NCBI GenBank assembly: GCA_964575185.1
Contig: CAZNPW010000001.1
Coordinates: 54,081 to 118,080 of the forward strand
DNA length: 64,000 nucleotides
From: an uncultured Exiguobacterium sp.
GTDB taxonomy: Bacteria > Pseudomonadota > Alphaproteobacteria > Rhodobacterales > Rhodobacteraceae
Reading direction: 5' to 3'
Shown: positions 20,108-35,862 of the stretch, piece after piece
Position numbering within the stretch: the stretch's first letter is position 1
Layout of the letters: each line of letters starts with the position of its first letter
Position numbers and translations under genes: made by a program
Notes under the pieces: model-generated
Told to the model about the DNA's origin: nothing
Database searches by the model: none
The model's input: only the letters and a program-made list of their open reading frames with translations

Positions 20108-21358
20108 ATGGCCTTCCACCCGAAATCGGAGTTCCTGCACCATCTGGTCCGGCGCGGCTACCTGGCCGACTGCACCGACCTCGGTGCCCTGGACGACGCG
20201 CTGCGGGCGGGCGTGGTGCCGGCCTACATCGGCTATGACGCGACGGCGGCGAGCCTGCATGTCGGCCACCTGATGAACATCATGGTGCTGCGGCTGCTGC
20301 AGCGGTGCGGCGGCAAGCCGATCACGCTGATGGGAGGCGGCACGACCAAGGTGGGCGACCCGTCCTTCCGCGCCGAGGAGCGGCCGCTGCTGTCGGCGGC
20401 GCAGATCGACCAGAATATCGCCGGGATGCAGGCGGTGTTTTCGCGCTACCTCGCCTATGGCGAGGGGCCGACCGATGCGCTGATGCTGAACAATGCGGCG
20501 TGGCTCGACGGGCTCAACTACCTCGACTTCCTGCGCGACATCGGGCGGCATTTCAGCGTCAACCGGATGCTGAGCTTCGAGAGCGTGAAGTCGCGGCTGG
20601 ACCGCGAGCAGAGCTTGAGCTTCCTCGAGTTCAACTACATGATCCTGCAGGCCTACGACTTCCTCGAACTGCACCGCCGCCACGGCTGCCTGTTGCAGAT
20701 GGGCGGCAGCGACCAGTGGGGCAACATCATCAACGGGATCGACCTGACGCGCCGTGTGCTCGACCGCGAGATCTTCGGGCTGACGACGCCGCTTCTGACC
20801 ACGAGCGACGGGCGCAAGATGGGCAAGTCGGCGCAGGGCGCGGTCTGGCTGCGGGGCGACATGATGGCGCCCTATGCCTTCTGGCAGTTCTGGCGTAACA
20901 CGACCGACGCCGACACGGGGCGGTTCCTGAAGCTTTTCACCGAGCTGCCGGTGGAGGAGTGCGACCGGCTGGGGGCGCTCGGCGGGGCGGAGATCAACGA
21001 GGGCAAGCGCGTGCTCGCGAACGCGGTCACGGCGATGCTGCACGGCGCGGAGGCAGCGCGGACGGCGGAGGCGACCGCGCGCGAGGTGTTCGAGCGCGGC
21101 GGGGTGGGGGACGACCTGCCGACCCTGCACCTGCACGCGGGCGACGTGGCCGGGGGGATCAGCCTTGCGCATCTGTTCGTGCGGGCGGGGCTGGCGAAAT
21201 CGGGCAAGGACGCCAAGCGCCTGATTGCCGAGGGCGGGGCGCGGGTGAACGACGAGCCGATCATGGACGCGGGCCGCATCCTGCACGCGGGCGACCTGGC
21301 CGATCCGGTGAAGCTGACCGCCGGGCGCAAGCGGCACGCGCTGGTGGTGATGGGGTGA
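20108..21358 (+). CDS. tyrS: Tyrosine--tRNA ligase
   Basis: A HIGH-type motif (LHVGHL), a KMSKS-type motif (KMGKS) and a C-terminal S4 domain are present. Confidence 0.9.
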   Translation: MAFHPKSEFLHHLVRRGYLADCTDLGALDDALRAGVVPAYIGYDATAASLHVGHLMNIMVLRLLQRCGGKPITLMGGGTTKVGDPSFRAEERPLLSAAQIDQNIAGMQAVFSRYLAYGEGPTDALMLNNAAWLDGLNYLDFLRDIGRHFSVNRMLSFESVKSRLDREQSLSFLEFNYMILQAYDFLELHRRHGCLLQMGGSDQWGNIINGIDLTRRVLDREIFGLTTPLLTTSDGRKMGKSAQGAVWLRGDMMAPYAFWQFWRNTTDADTGRFLKLFTELPVEECDRLGALGGAEINEGKRVLANAVTAMLHGAEAARTAEATAREVFERGGVGDDLPTLHLHAGDVAGGISLAHLFVRAGLAKSGKDAKRLIAEGGARVNDEPIMDAGRILHAGDLADPVKLTAGRKRHALVVMG

Positions 21359-21371
21359 CCGTTTCGCTTGC

Positions 21372-21465
21372 GCGTCGCGCCCCGGCGTAGGCCGGGGCCT
21401 CTGCCCGGGCCGCCGGACCCGCCTGCGGGGTGAGGTCCCGGCCTTCGCCGGGACGCGGGGTTGCT
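21372..21465. repeat. REP family A composite unit, in inverted orientation
   Basis: Hairpins GCCCCGGC-GTAG-GCCGGGGC and GTCCCGGC-CTTC-GCCGGGAC, lying between convergent tyrS and pgm. Confidence 0.65.
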
Positions 21466-21476
21466 TCGCGGCCCGG

Positions 21477-25170
<3,694 letters not shown>

Positions 25171-25174
<4 letters not shown>

Positions 25175-26610
25175 CGCACGAGCTCCGCATAGAGCGCGGC
25201 ATAGGCGCGGGCGCTTTCGTCCCAGCCGACGGGCTGGCGCATCGCGTTCCTCTGTACCTGCGCCCAGGTCTTGCGGTCGGCGTGCAGGTCCACCAGCCGC
25301 CGCAGGGCCGTCGCGAAGGCCATGGCGTCGGTCGGGTGGAAGGTCACGCCCGTCGCCACCCCGGCCGCCAGCGCCGCGGGCGAGGCGTGGATCACCGTGT
25401 CGGCAAGGCCGCCCACGGCGGCGACCACGGGGATCGTGCCGTAGCGCAGCCCGTACATCTGGGTCAGCCCGCAGGGCTCGAACCGGCTGGGGACCAGCAC
25501 CGCGTCGGCCCCGGCGAACATCCGGTGCGACAGGCTTTCGTCATAGCCGATCCGCACCGCGACGCGGCCCGGATGCGCGGCCGCGAGCGCCCGCACCGCG
25601 CCCTCGAGCCCCGCGTCGCCCGAGCCCAGCACCACGAGGCCGCCGCCCGCGCGGACGAAATCCGGGATCACGGCGGGCAGGAGGTCGATCCCCTTCTGGT
25701 CGGTCAGCCGGCTGACGACGATGGCGAGCGGTCCCGGCACCTCCAGCCCGAACTCCGCCGCCAGCGCCGCGCGCGCGGCGGCCTTGCCCGCCATGGCCCC
25801 GGCCGAATAGTTCAGCACGTCGCCGTCGGTCTCGGGCGACCAGAGGTGGGTGTCGACCCCGTTCAGGATGCCGCTGACGACGCTTGCCCGGGCCGCGATC
25901 ACGCCCTGCAGGCCCATGCCGTATTCGGGCCGCTGCAGCTCGGTCGCGTAGGTCGGCGAGACGGTGGTGATCCGGTCGGCGGTGACCAGTCCCGCCTTCA
26001 GGCTGGAGAGCCCGCCGTAGTATTCCAGCACGCCCGCGTGGAAATCGTGCCAGGGCAGCCGCAGCACGTCCATCAGCGCCATCGGCGCCCAGCCCTGGAA
26101 GGCGATGTTGTGCACGGTGATGACCGACTTCACGCCCGCATCGCCGTGGTGGCGCAGGTAGGCCGGGGCGAAGCCCGCCTGCCAGTCATGCGCGTGCAGC
26201 ACCTGCGGCTTCCACCCCGCCGCACCGTGCCGGGCCACCTGCGCGGCCACCCAGGACAGCGCGGCGAAGCGCTGCGCGTTGTCGCCGAAATCGCCGCCGG
26301 GGCCGCCATACGGCCCGCCGTCGCGGTCGTAGAGGTGCGGCGCGTCGAGCAGCATCACCTGCATCCCCGCGACCTCGCCCGCGAAGACGCGCCCCTCGCC
26401 GCCCCAGAGGTCGGATTCGTGCCAGACCTCGGCCCAGCCTTCGAGGCGCGGGCGCAGGGCGCGGTAGGCGGGCAACAGCACCCGCATGTCCCAGCCCGCG
26501 CCCGCCAGCGCCGCGGGCAGCGCGCCCACCACGTCGGCCAGCCCGCCGGTCTTCACCAGCGGCACGCATTCGGAGGCGACCGACAGCACCCGTCCGTTCG
26601 CGGCCCCCAT
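25171..26610 (-). CDS. glgA: Glycogen synthase
   Basis: KTGGLADV motif. 479 aa. Confidence 0.9.
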
Positions 26611-26633
26611 CCTTTTCCCCCTTCATCTTCCCT

Positions 26634-26670
26634 CAAATATCCCGGGGGGTCCGGGGGGCTGGCCCCCCGG
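26634..26670. repeat. REP family E copy
   Basis: CAAATATCCCGGGGGGT followed by hairpin CCGGGGGG-ctgg-CCCCCCGG, in the glgC-glgA spacer. Confidence 0.6.
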
Positions 26671-26684
26671 TCCTGCCCGATCCG

Positions 26685-27956
26685 TCATCCCTTCGCCCGG
26701 GCGCGCGCGTTCAGCATGTCCTGCGTCACCAGCACGATCCCGCTGTCGGTGCGGCGGAACCACCTTGCGTCCTCGTCCGGGTCATCTCCGACCACCAGCT
26801 CTTCGGGAATCCGCACCCCGCGGTCGATCACGCAGTTCTTCAGCCGGGCCGAGCGCGCGACGTCGACGTACGGCAGCGCCACGACGTGGTCGAGCGTCGC
26901 GTAGCTGTGCGCGCGCACTCCGGTGAACAGCAGCGAGTTGCGCACCGCCGCGCCCGAGACGATGCAGTCGCCCGAGACCAGCGACGACACCGCCGAGCCC
27001 CGCCGCCCCTCCTCGTCATGCACGAACTTGGCCGGCGGGACGATCTCGGCATAGGTCCAGATCGGCCAGGCGTTGTCGTAGATGTCGAGCGCGGGGGTGA
27101 AGTCGGTCAGGTCGATGTTCGCCCGCCAGAAGGCGTCGACCGTGCCCACGTCGCGCCAGTAGGGTTCGGTCTCGATCCCCGAGCGCACGCAGCTGTCGGC
27201 GAAGCGGTGCGCGACCGCCTTGCCGTTCTTCACGATGTCGGGGATCAGGTCGTTGCCGAAATCGTGGCTCGAGTTGGTGTCGGCCATGTCGCGCAGGAGA
27301 AGCTCGCGCAGGAACTTCCAGTTGAAGACGTAGATGCCCATGCTGGCGAGCGCGTGGTCCGGGTCGCCCGGGATCGCGGGCGGGTCCTTCGGCTTTTCGA
27401 GGAACTGGGTGATGCGCATGTCGGCATCGACGTGCATCACGCCGAAGGCCGTGGCCTCCATCCGCGGCACGGTCAGGCAGCCGATGGTGACATCCGCCCC
27501 GGTAGCGACGTGCTGCTGCAGCATCACCTCGTAGTCCATCTTGTAGATGTGGTCGCCGGCCAGGATCACCGCGTATTCGATGTCGTAGTCGTCGACGATG
27601 TCGACGTTCTGCGCCACCGCGTCGGCGGTGCCGAGATACCACTTCTCTTCGCTCACGCGCTGCGATGCGGGCAGGATGTCGAGGTATTCGTTCCGTTCCG
27701 CCCGGAAGAAGTTCCAGCCGCGCTGCATGTGGCGGATGAGGGAATGCGCCTTGTATTGCGTGGCGATCGCCATCTTGCGGATGCCCGAGTTCAGCGCGTT
27801 CGACAGCGCGAAGTCGATGATCCGCGCCTTGCCGCCGAAGTAGACGGCGGGCTTGGCGCGGCGGTCGGTCAGCTCCTTCAGGCGGCTGCCGCGGCCGCCC
27901 GCCAGGACGAAGGCCATCGCCTGCGACGACAGCCGCGCGTTCGGTTTCGGTTGCAT
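26685..27956 (-). CDS. glgC: Glucose-1-phosphate adenylyltransferase
   Basis: [13 protein letters not shown] motif. The ATG at 27956 follows GGAGGG. Confidence 0.9.
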   Translation of the reverse strand: MQPKPNARLSSQAMAFVLAGGRGSRLKELTDRRAKPAVYFGGKARIIDFALSNALNSGIRKMAIATQYKAHSLIRHMQRGWNFFRAERNEYLDILPASQRVSEEKWYLGTADAVAQNVDIVDDYDIEYAVILAGDHIYKMDYEVMLQQHVATGADVTIGCLTVPRMEATAFGVMHVDADMRITQFLEKPKDPPAIPGDPDHALASMGIYVFNWKFLRELLLRDMADTNSSHDFGNDLIPDIVKNGKAVAHRFADSCVRSGIETEPYWRDVGTVDAFWRANIDLTDFTPALDIYDNAWPIWTYAEIVPPAKFVHDEEGRRGSAVSSLVSGDCIVSGAAVRNSLLFTGVRAHSYATLDHVVALPYVDVARSARLKNCVIDRGVRIPEELVVGDDPDEDARWFRRTDSGIVLVTQDMLNARARAKG

Positions 27957-27981
27957 CTTCCCTCCCCGGAAAACTTCGCCA

Positions 27982-30150
27982 TCAGACATGCCTGAACCAG
28001 ATTGCCGACAGCGCGGGCAAGGTGACAAGCGCCGATTGCGCCTGCCCGTGCCAGCCCTGCGGTTCGGTGGAGACGCCTCCCGCGTTCCCCTTGCCCGCGC
28101 CGCCGTAGGTGGTGGCGTCGGTGTTGAGGATCTCCTCCCACCGCCCCGCCACGGGCAGGCCCAGCCGATACTGCCGTTCCACCGGCGTTAGGTTCACGAC
28201 GCAGACGACCGGCGGGTCGCCCGCCCGGCCCTTGCGCACCCAGGAATAGACCGACGCCTCGGCGTCGTTGCTTTCGATCCACTGGAAGCCCTCGGGGCGC
28301 GTGTCGTTGACGTGCAGCGCGGGGGTGTCGCGGTAAAGGCGGTTGAGGTCGCGGACCAGCGCCTGCACGCCGCGGTGTTCGGGCAGGTCGCACTGGTGCC
28401 AGTCGAGCGACTGGTTGTGGTTCCACTCGCGCCCTTGCGCGAACTCCTGCCCCATGAAGAGGAGCTTCTTGCCCGGGTGGCCCCACATGAAGCCGTAATA
28501 GGCGCGCAGGTTCGCGAACTTCTGCCAGGCGTCGCCGGGCATCCTGGCCAGCATCGACCCCTTGCCGTGCACGACCTCGTCATGGCTGATCGGCAGGATG
28601 TAGTTTTCCGACCAGGCGTAGTGCAGGCCGAAGGTCATCTGGTGGTGGTGGTAGCGGCGGTGGATCGGGTCGCGCGCCATGTAGGCCAGGGTGTCGTTCA
28701 TCCAGCCCATGTTCCACTTGAACCCGAAGCCGAGGCCGCCGTGGTTGACCGGGCGGCTGACGCCGGGGAAGGCGGTGCTTTCCTCGGCCACCGTCATGAT
28801 CCCCGGCACCTCGCCGTAGACGGCCACGTTCATCGCGCGCAGCATCGCGATGGCCTCGTAGTTTTCGCGGCCCCCGTCGCGGTTCGGGACCCACTCGCCC
28901 GACTTGCGGGAGTAGTCGCGGTAGAGCATCGAGGCCACCGCATCGACGCGCAGCCCGTCGACGTGGAACTCCTCCAGCCAATACAGCGCGTTCGAGACGA
29001 GGAAGTTCCGCACTTCCGTGCGCCCGTAGTTGTAGATCAGCGTGTTCCAGTCCTGGTGGAACCCCTCGCGCGGGTCGGCGTGTTCGTAAAGCGCGGTGCC
29101 GTCGAAGCGGCCCAACCCGTGCGCGTCGGTCGGGAAATGCCCCGGCACCCAGTCGAGGATCACGCCCAGGCCCCGCCGGTGCGCGGCATCGACGAAGGCC
29201 GCGAACTCGGGCGGGGTGCCGTGGCGGATCGTGGGGGCGTAGAGGCCGACGGGCTGGTAGCCCCAGCTTCCGTCGAAGGGGTATTCGCTGACCGGCAGAA
29301 GCTCGAGGTGGGTGAAGCCCATGTCGGCGGCGTAGCCGACGAGCTGGTCGGCCAGTTCGAGGTAGGAGAGCATCCGGTCGCCGGGCGCGCGCTTCCACGA
29401 CCCGAGGTGGACCTCGTAGACGCTGATCGGGGCGTCGACGTTCTGCAGGGCGGCGCGGCGGTCCATCCAGGCGGCGTCGTCCCATTTGCCCGTGATGCGG
29501 CGGACCACGGAGGCGTTTGCGGGGGGGTGCTCGCTGCCGAAGCCCACCGGGTCGGCCTTCAGCGGCAGAAGCGCGCCACCCGGCCCGCGGATCTCGTATT
29601 TGTAGGTCGCGCCTTCGCCGAGGCCGGGGATGAAGATCTCCCACACCCCCGTGGCGCCCCGCCGCCGCATCGGGTGGCGGCGGCCGTCCCAGATGTTGAA
29701 GTCGCCGACGACCGACACCCGTTCGGCGTTCGGCGCCCAAACGGCGAAATGGACGCCATCGACGCCCTCGTGGGTGATGCAATGCGCGCCCAGCACCTGC
29801 CAGAGGCGCTTGTGGGTGCCCTCGCTGAACAGGTATTCGTCCATCTCGCCCAGGACGGGGCCGAAGGCGAAGGGATCGTGGAACTCCCACGTCACGCCGC
29901 CGCCGCTCGCGCGCAGCCGGTAGGGCACCCGTTTCGGCAGGGTCGCGGTGAACAGCCCGGGGACGGGCTCGGCGTCGCAGGCGACGGGCTTGCCCGTGGC
30001 CGGCAGCACCTCGAGCCGGTCGGCCCCGGGCACGAAGGCGGTGACGGTCCAGGACTTGCCCCGACGGTGCGGGCCGAGCACCGCGAAGGGGTCGCCGTGG
30101 CGGCCCTCGGCGATGGCCCGGGCGGCACCCTCCTCGATCCGATCCGACAT
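27982..30150 (-). CDS. glgB: 1,4-alpha-glucan branching enzyme
   Basis: GH13_9 motifs. The start MSDRIEEG is preceded by GGAGGGAGG. Confidence 0.9.
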   Translation of the reverse strand: MSDRIEEGAARAIAEGRHGDPFAVLGPHRRGKSWTVTAFVPGADRLEVLPATGKPVACDAEPVPGLFTATLPKRVPYRLRASGGGVTWEFHDPFAFGPVLGEMDEYLFSEGTHKRLWQVLGAHCITHEGVDGVHFAVWAPNAERVSVVGDFNIWDGRRHPMRRRGATGVWEIFIPGLGEGATYKYEIRGPGGALLPLKADPVGFGSEHPPANASVVRRITGKWDDAAWMDRRAALQNVDAPISVYEVHLGSWKRAPGDRMLSYLELADQLVGYAADMGFTHLELLPVSEYPFDGSWGYQPVGLYAPTIRHGTPPEFAAFVDAAHRRGLGVILDWVPGHFPTDAHGLGRFDGTALYEHADPREGFHQDWNTLIYNYGRTEVRNFLVSNALYWLEEFHVDGLRVDAVASMLYRDYSRKSGEWVPNRDGGRENYEAIAMLRAMNVAVYGEVPGIMTVAEESTAFPGVSRPVNHGGLGFGFKWNMGWMNDTLAYMARDPIHRRYHHHQMTFGLHYAWSENYILPISHDEVVHGKGSMLARMPGDAWQKFANLRAYYGFMWGHPGKKLLFMGQEFAQGREWNHNQSLDWHQCDLPEHRGVQALVRDLNRLYRDTPALHVNDTRPEGFQWIESNDAEASVYSWVRKGRAGDPPVVCVVNLTPVERQYRLGLPVAGRWEEILNTDATTYGGAGKGNAGGVSTEPQGWHGQAQSALVTLPALSAIWFRHV

Positions 30151-30185
30151 CGGCCCCTCCCTCAAAAGTCCGACGTGTCCGCGTG

Positions 30186-32612
<2,427 letters not shown>

Positions 32613-32673
32613 TACGGTTTCGCGCCCCCGGGGCGTCAAGCCCGGCGTGCGGATGCGAGTCGGCGGGCGCGCC

Positions 32674-32683
32674 AAAGCGCTTT
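32674..32683. promoter_or_regulatory. 10-bp palindrome AAAGCGCTTT, copy 1, upstream of the glg operon
   Basis: The same palindrome with the same TCA flank recurs at 32743..32752. Confidence 0.25.
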
Positions 32684-32742
32684 CATCCTAGGCACGATCA
32701 TCCCGCGAAGAAAAGCCCGCAAGTCGGGCAAAAGCGCCGTTC

Positions 32743-32752
32743 AAAGCGCTTT
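32743..32752. promoter_or_regulatory. 10-bp palindrome AAAGCGCTTT, copy 2
   Basis: Lies 69 bp from copy 1 and abuts the stop of the SDR gene. Confidence 0.25.
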
Positions 32753-33480
32753 CAGGTCAGCGTCCAGCCGCCGTCGATGACATGCGCCACGCCCGTCGTG
32801 TAGGCACTTTCGTCCGACGCGAGGTAGACGACCAGCGCCGCGATCTCCTCGGGCCGGCCGATGCGGCCGATCGGCTGGCGGGCGATGAAGGCGCGCCGCG
32901 CGGCCTCGTAGTCGCCGGTGGCGCGCAGGCGGCCCTCGAGGCTGGGGCTTTCGACGGTGCCGGGGCAGATCGCGTTGCAGCGGATGCCGCGGGTGATGAA
33001 GTCGGCGGCGATGGCCTTGGTCAGGCCGATCACGCCGGCCTTCGTGGCCCCGTAGACATAGCGGTTGGGTGCCCCGATGATCGACCCGACGGCGCTGGCC
33101 ATGTTGATGATCGACCCGTGGCCCCGGTCGAGCATCGCGGGCAGGAAGGCCCGGCACATCCGGTGCATGCCCTTCAGGTTCAAATCGACGCTGAAATCCC
33201 ACTGGGCGTCGTCGCAGTCGAGGATCGTGCCCGATGCGACGAAGCCCGCGCAGTTGAACAGCACGTCCACCGGGCGCACGGCGGCGGCGACCGAGGCCGC
33301 GTCGCGCACGTCGAGGACATGCGTCTCGCAGCCCGCGGCGGCGAGATCGCTGAGCGTCTCGGCCTTCACGTCGGTCGCGATGACCCGCGCGCCTTCGGCC
33401 AGCATGGCGAGCGCGCTCGCCCGCCCGATCCCCGCGCCTGCCGCCGTCACCAGCGCCGTCTTGCCGTCCAGCCGTCCCAT
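32752..33480 (-). CDS. SDR family oxidoreductase
   Basis: TAAGAGIG Rossmann motif and YxxxK. The start MGRLDGK is at 33480. Confidence 0.8.
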   Translation of the reverse strand: MGRLDGKTALVTAAGAGIGRASALAMLAEGARVIATDVKAETLSDLAAAGCETHVLDVRDAASVAAAVRPVDVLFNCAGFVASGTILDCDDAQWDFSVDLNLKGMHRMCRAFLPAMLDRGHGSIINMASAVGSIIGAPNRYVYGATKAGVIGLTKAIAADFITRGIRCNAICPGTVESPSLEGRLRATGDYEAARRAFIARQPIGRIGRPEEIAALVVYLASDESAYTTGVAHVIDGGWTLT

Positions 33481-33484
33481 GGCG

Positions 33485-34135
33485 TCACTCCTGCCTGCGC
33501 GCGACGTGGTGCCGGATCGCCGCCGCGACCGCAAGGCCGAAGGCGGGCAGCGCCGCTTCGGCGTAGTGGATGCCGTCGACGGGCGAGACGGCGATGTGGG
33601 CGCCCGCGTCCAGGACCGGCAGTCCGGCGCGCAGGCCCATGGCGCGGAAGGCGGGCCAGAGGGCGCGCGAGGTGGCCGCCGCCCCGGCGAAGACGAGGCC
33701 GAGGTCGCCCACCTCCTCCACCGGCGGGGGGCAGATGACGAGCGTGGCGGGCGCGCCCTGCCCCGGGCCGGCGGCGGACTGGCGGATGGTGGTGACCAGC
33801 CGCTCCACCCCCAGCGCGATGTCGGTCGCGGTCACCGAAAACCGCGCCTTGAGGTCGTTCGTCCCCAGCATGACGACGACGAGGTCGAGCGGCCGGTGGC
33901 TTTCCAGAAGCGCGGGCAGGACGGTCAGGCCGTTGCGGTGGGGGCCTTCGATGGGGTCGTCGTGCACGGTCGTGCGGCCGGGCTGGCCTTCGACCGTGAC
34001 CTCCCACCCCGGCAGGGCGGCGGCCATGTGCGTCGTCCAGCGCGCGGCGTGCGGAAACCGCCCGCTGTCGCCGAAGCCGGTCATCGGCGGGGTGCCGTGG
34101 GTGTTGCTGTCGCCGAAGACCATCAGGTGCCGCAT
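33485..34135 (-). CDS. SGNH/GDSL hydrolase family protein
   Basis: N-terminal block I motif MVFGDSNTHG and the DGIH block near the C-terminus. Confidence 0.7.
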   Translation of the reverse strand: MRHLMVFGDSNTHGTPPMTGFGDSGRFPHAARWTTHMAAALPGWEVTVEGQPGRTTVHDDPIEGPHRNGLTVLPALLESHRPLDLVVVMLGTNDLKARFSVTATDIALGVERLVTTIRQSAAGPGQGAPATLVICPPPVEEVGDLGLVFAGAAATSRALWPAFRAMGLRAGLPVLDAGAHIAVSPVDGIHYAEAALPAFGLAVAAAIRHHVARRQE

Positions 34136-34259
34136 CGTCGCCTCCGCCCCTCGCGGGGGGACCGTGCCGCAGCCCGCGCCCGCGGGCAAGCGTTTGCGCT
34201 TGCACGGCATCCGCGCGGGCCTAGCATCCGGCCGGGGCAAATGGCGGAAGGCTGCGGCG

Positions 34260-34553
34260 ATGGTCATCGAATGGCTGAGCTTCCGCATCGACCCGGCGGA
34301 CCAGCCCGCCTGGCGTGCGGCCGATGCGGCGATCTGGACGCCCGCGCTCGCGGCGCAGCCGGGCTATCTGGGCAAGGAGTGCTGGGTGGATCGCGCCGAT
34401 CCGGCCAGCCTGTCGCTGGTCATCCGGTGGCAGAGCCACGCCGCCTGGCAGGCCGTGCCGCGCGACCTGCTGGAGGCGACCGAGGCCGCGTTCCGGGCGC
34501 GCCTGGGCCGCGGCTGGCCCGTCCTGACCTGCACCGCGCTGGACGTGACGTGA
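34260..34553 (+). CDS. Small ABM/Dabb-like protein (resembles the TIGR03792 family)
   Basis: 97 aa, MVIEWLSFRIDP...WQSHAAWQAVP. The family assignment is from memory only. Confidence 0.45.
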   Translation: MVIEWLSFRIDPADQPAWRAADAAIWTPALAAQPGYLGKECWVDRADPASLSLVIRWQSHAAWQAVPRDLLEATEAAFRARLGRGWPVLTCTALDVT

Positions 34554-34585
34554 CGCGGCGGATTGCGGCAAAATCCTGACCGAAC

Positions 34586-34613
34586 CTTGAAGATCGTGGA
34601 ACCGGTCCCACAT
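34586..34613 (+). promoter_or_regulatory. RpoH (sigma-32)-like promoter candidate
   Basis: CTTGAA-N15-CCCACAT, compared with the consensus CTTGAA-N13-17-CCCCAT. It lies about 155 nt upstream of the CDS at 34768. Confidence 0.3.
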
Positions 34614-34767
34614 CTTGCGGGTTGACAGGCCGGACGAGCCCCAGATCAGGTGGCACTTCGTCACAGCCATGCGACGGATGCATGGCAGGCATGAAAAAAC
34701 TGTTGACCCGAATCGGGGTAAACCGGCTAGGAAACAGGCAAATCGAAAAAGACAAGAGACCGACGTG

Positions 34768-35094
34768 ATGGCACAAGCGATCGACAGCACCGCCTTCAAC
34801 TTCGAACAGGGCCAGCGCGCGCGCAAGCTTTTCGCGGCGGTGGTGCTGGCCGCGCTGGACGATGCCATCGCCGACGACAAGAAATACGGCAACGGGGCCG
34901 ACCAGATCGCGCGCTGGGCGCGGTCGCGCGACGGGCGCGAGGTGCTGTCCTGCGCGGGCATCGACCCGAACGAGCGCGTCGTCAAGGGCCTGATGGATTT
35001 CGTCGGCAAGGGCGTGCGCACCAGCGTCGCGCTGTCGCGCGAGGAAAGCGAGCGCCGCCACGCGCTGGAACTGCTGGAGCAGGAAGCGGCCTGA
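34768..35094 (+). CDS. Hypothetical protein
   Basis: 108 aa from ATG 34768, after an AT-richer leader. I recognise no motif. Confidence 0.5.
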   Translation: MAQAIDSTAFNFEQGQRARKLFAAVVLAALDDAIADDKKYGNGADQIARWARSRDGREVLSCAGIDPNERVVKGLMDFVGKGVRTSVALSREESERRHALELLEQEAA

Positions 35095-35116
35095 CCGGCC
35101 TGCGCCCGGCCTGCCG

Positions 35117-35138
35117 AAGGCACCCTGCGGGGTGCCTT
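35117..35138. terminator. Hairpin between convergent genes
   Basis: AAGGCACC-N6-GGTGCCTT, followed by a T-rich tract. Confidence 0.45.
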
Positions 35139-35151
35139 TCGCGTTCTTCGG

Positions 35152-35778
35152 TCAGCCCTGTGCGTCGTGCAGCGCGATCAGGCGGTTGATCTCGGCACGG
35201 ACGAGCTTGCGCACGTTGGTGGTGATCCGCTCGCCGATCCGGCCCTGAAGCTCCTCGCGCAGGATCTCGCGGATCAGCGCCCGCAGCGCGGCGTCGGAGT
35301 GCGGGGCCTGCGGCGGGTCGCCATCGGCAGGGGCCGCGACCAGTCCGGCCCCGGCCGGGTCGGCATCGGGCGCGGCATCGGGTTCCGGCGCGGGGTCGGG
35401 CGCCGGATCGGGCGGGGTGTCCCACAGCGCGGCGGGCCAGGCGGCGGTGGTCGGCGCGGCATCGCCGGTGTCGGATTCGAACCCCTGCGCGGGCACGGCG
35501 GCCCCGATCACCTCGACCGCGCGCGGCAGGGCGGCACCGGCGTGGACGCGCTGGGCGGCGGTGAGGATCAGCTTCGGCGGCGGCGCGTCGTGGCGCGCCA
35601 CCGGGGCCGCCTCGGGCCCTTCCGGCCCCGCCGCGGTCACAATCGCGGGCACCCTGCCGCGCACGGCCAAGAGCGCCTCGTCCGACACCAGCCGCCGGAT
35701 CGCGGACAGCACGTCCTCGATCTGGCCTTCCGTCATCCGCTCGCCCGTCGGGCGGTCGGGGAAGGGGCGGTCGTTCAT
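35152..35778 (-). CDS. DUF2497 / PopZ-like protein
   Basis: N-terminal helix EDVLSAIRRLVSDE resembles the PopZ EEILASIRRIISED. A Pro/Ala/Asp-rich linker and a conserved C-terminal helical region follow. The start is uncertain (35778 or 35736). Confidence 0.55.
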   Translation of the reverse strand: MNDRPFPDRPTGERMTEGQIEDVLSAIRRLVSDEALLAVRGRVPAIVTAAGPEGPEAAPVARHDAPPPKLILTAAQRVHAGAALPRAVEVIGAAVPAQGFESDTGDAAPTTAAWPAALWDTPPDPAPDPAPEPDAAPDADPAGAGLVAAPADGDPPQAPHSDAALRALIREILREELQGRIGERITTNVRKLVRAEINRLIALHDAQG

Positions 35779-35862
35779 CCTGGATGACCCGTTTCTCTGC
35801 TCGGCGGAAGGATAGCGCCGAATGCGTCCCGACACAACGATTTGTGCCGGTGTCACGCAACG

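Noticed and set aside
34598-34623. An EcfG-type general-stress promoter, GGAAC-N17-GGTT.
   Set aside because: The -10 element is GGTT rather than CGTT. The overlapping sigma-32-like match is better. Neither is verifiable from sequence alone.
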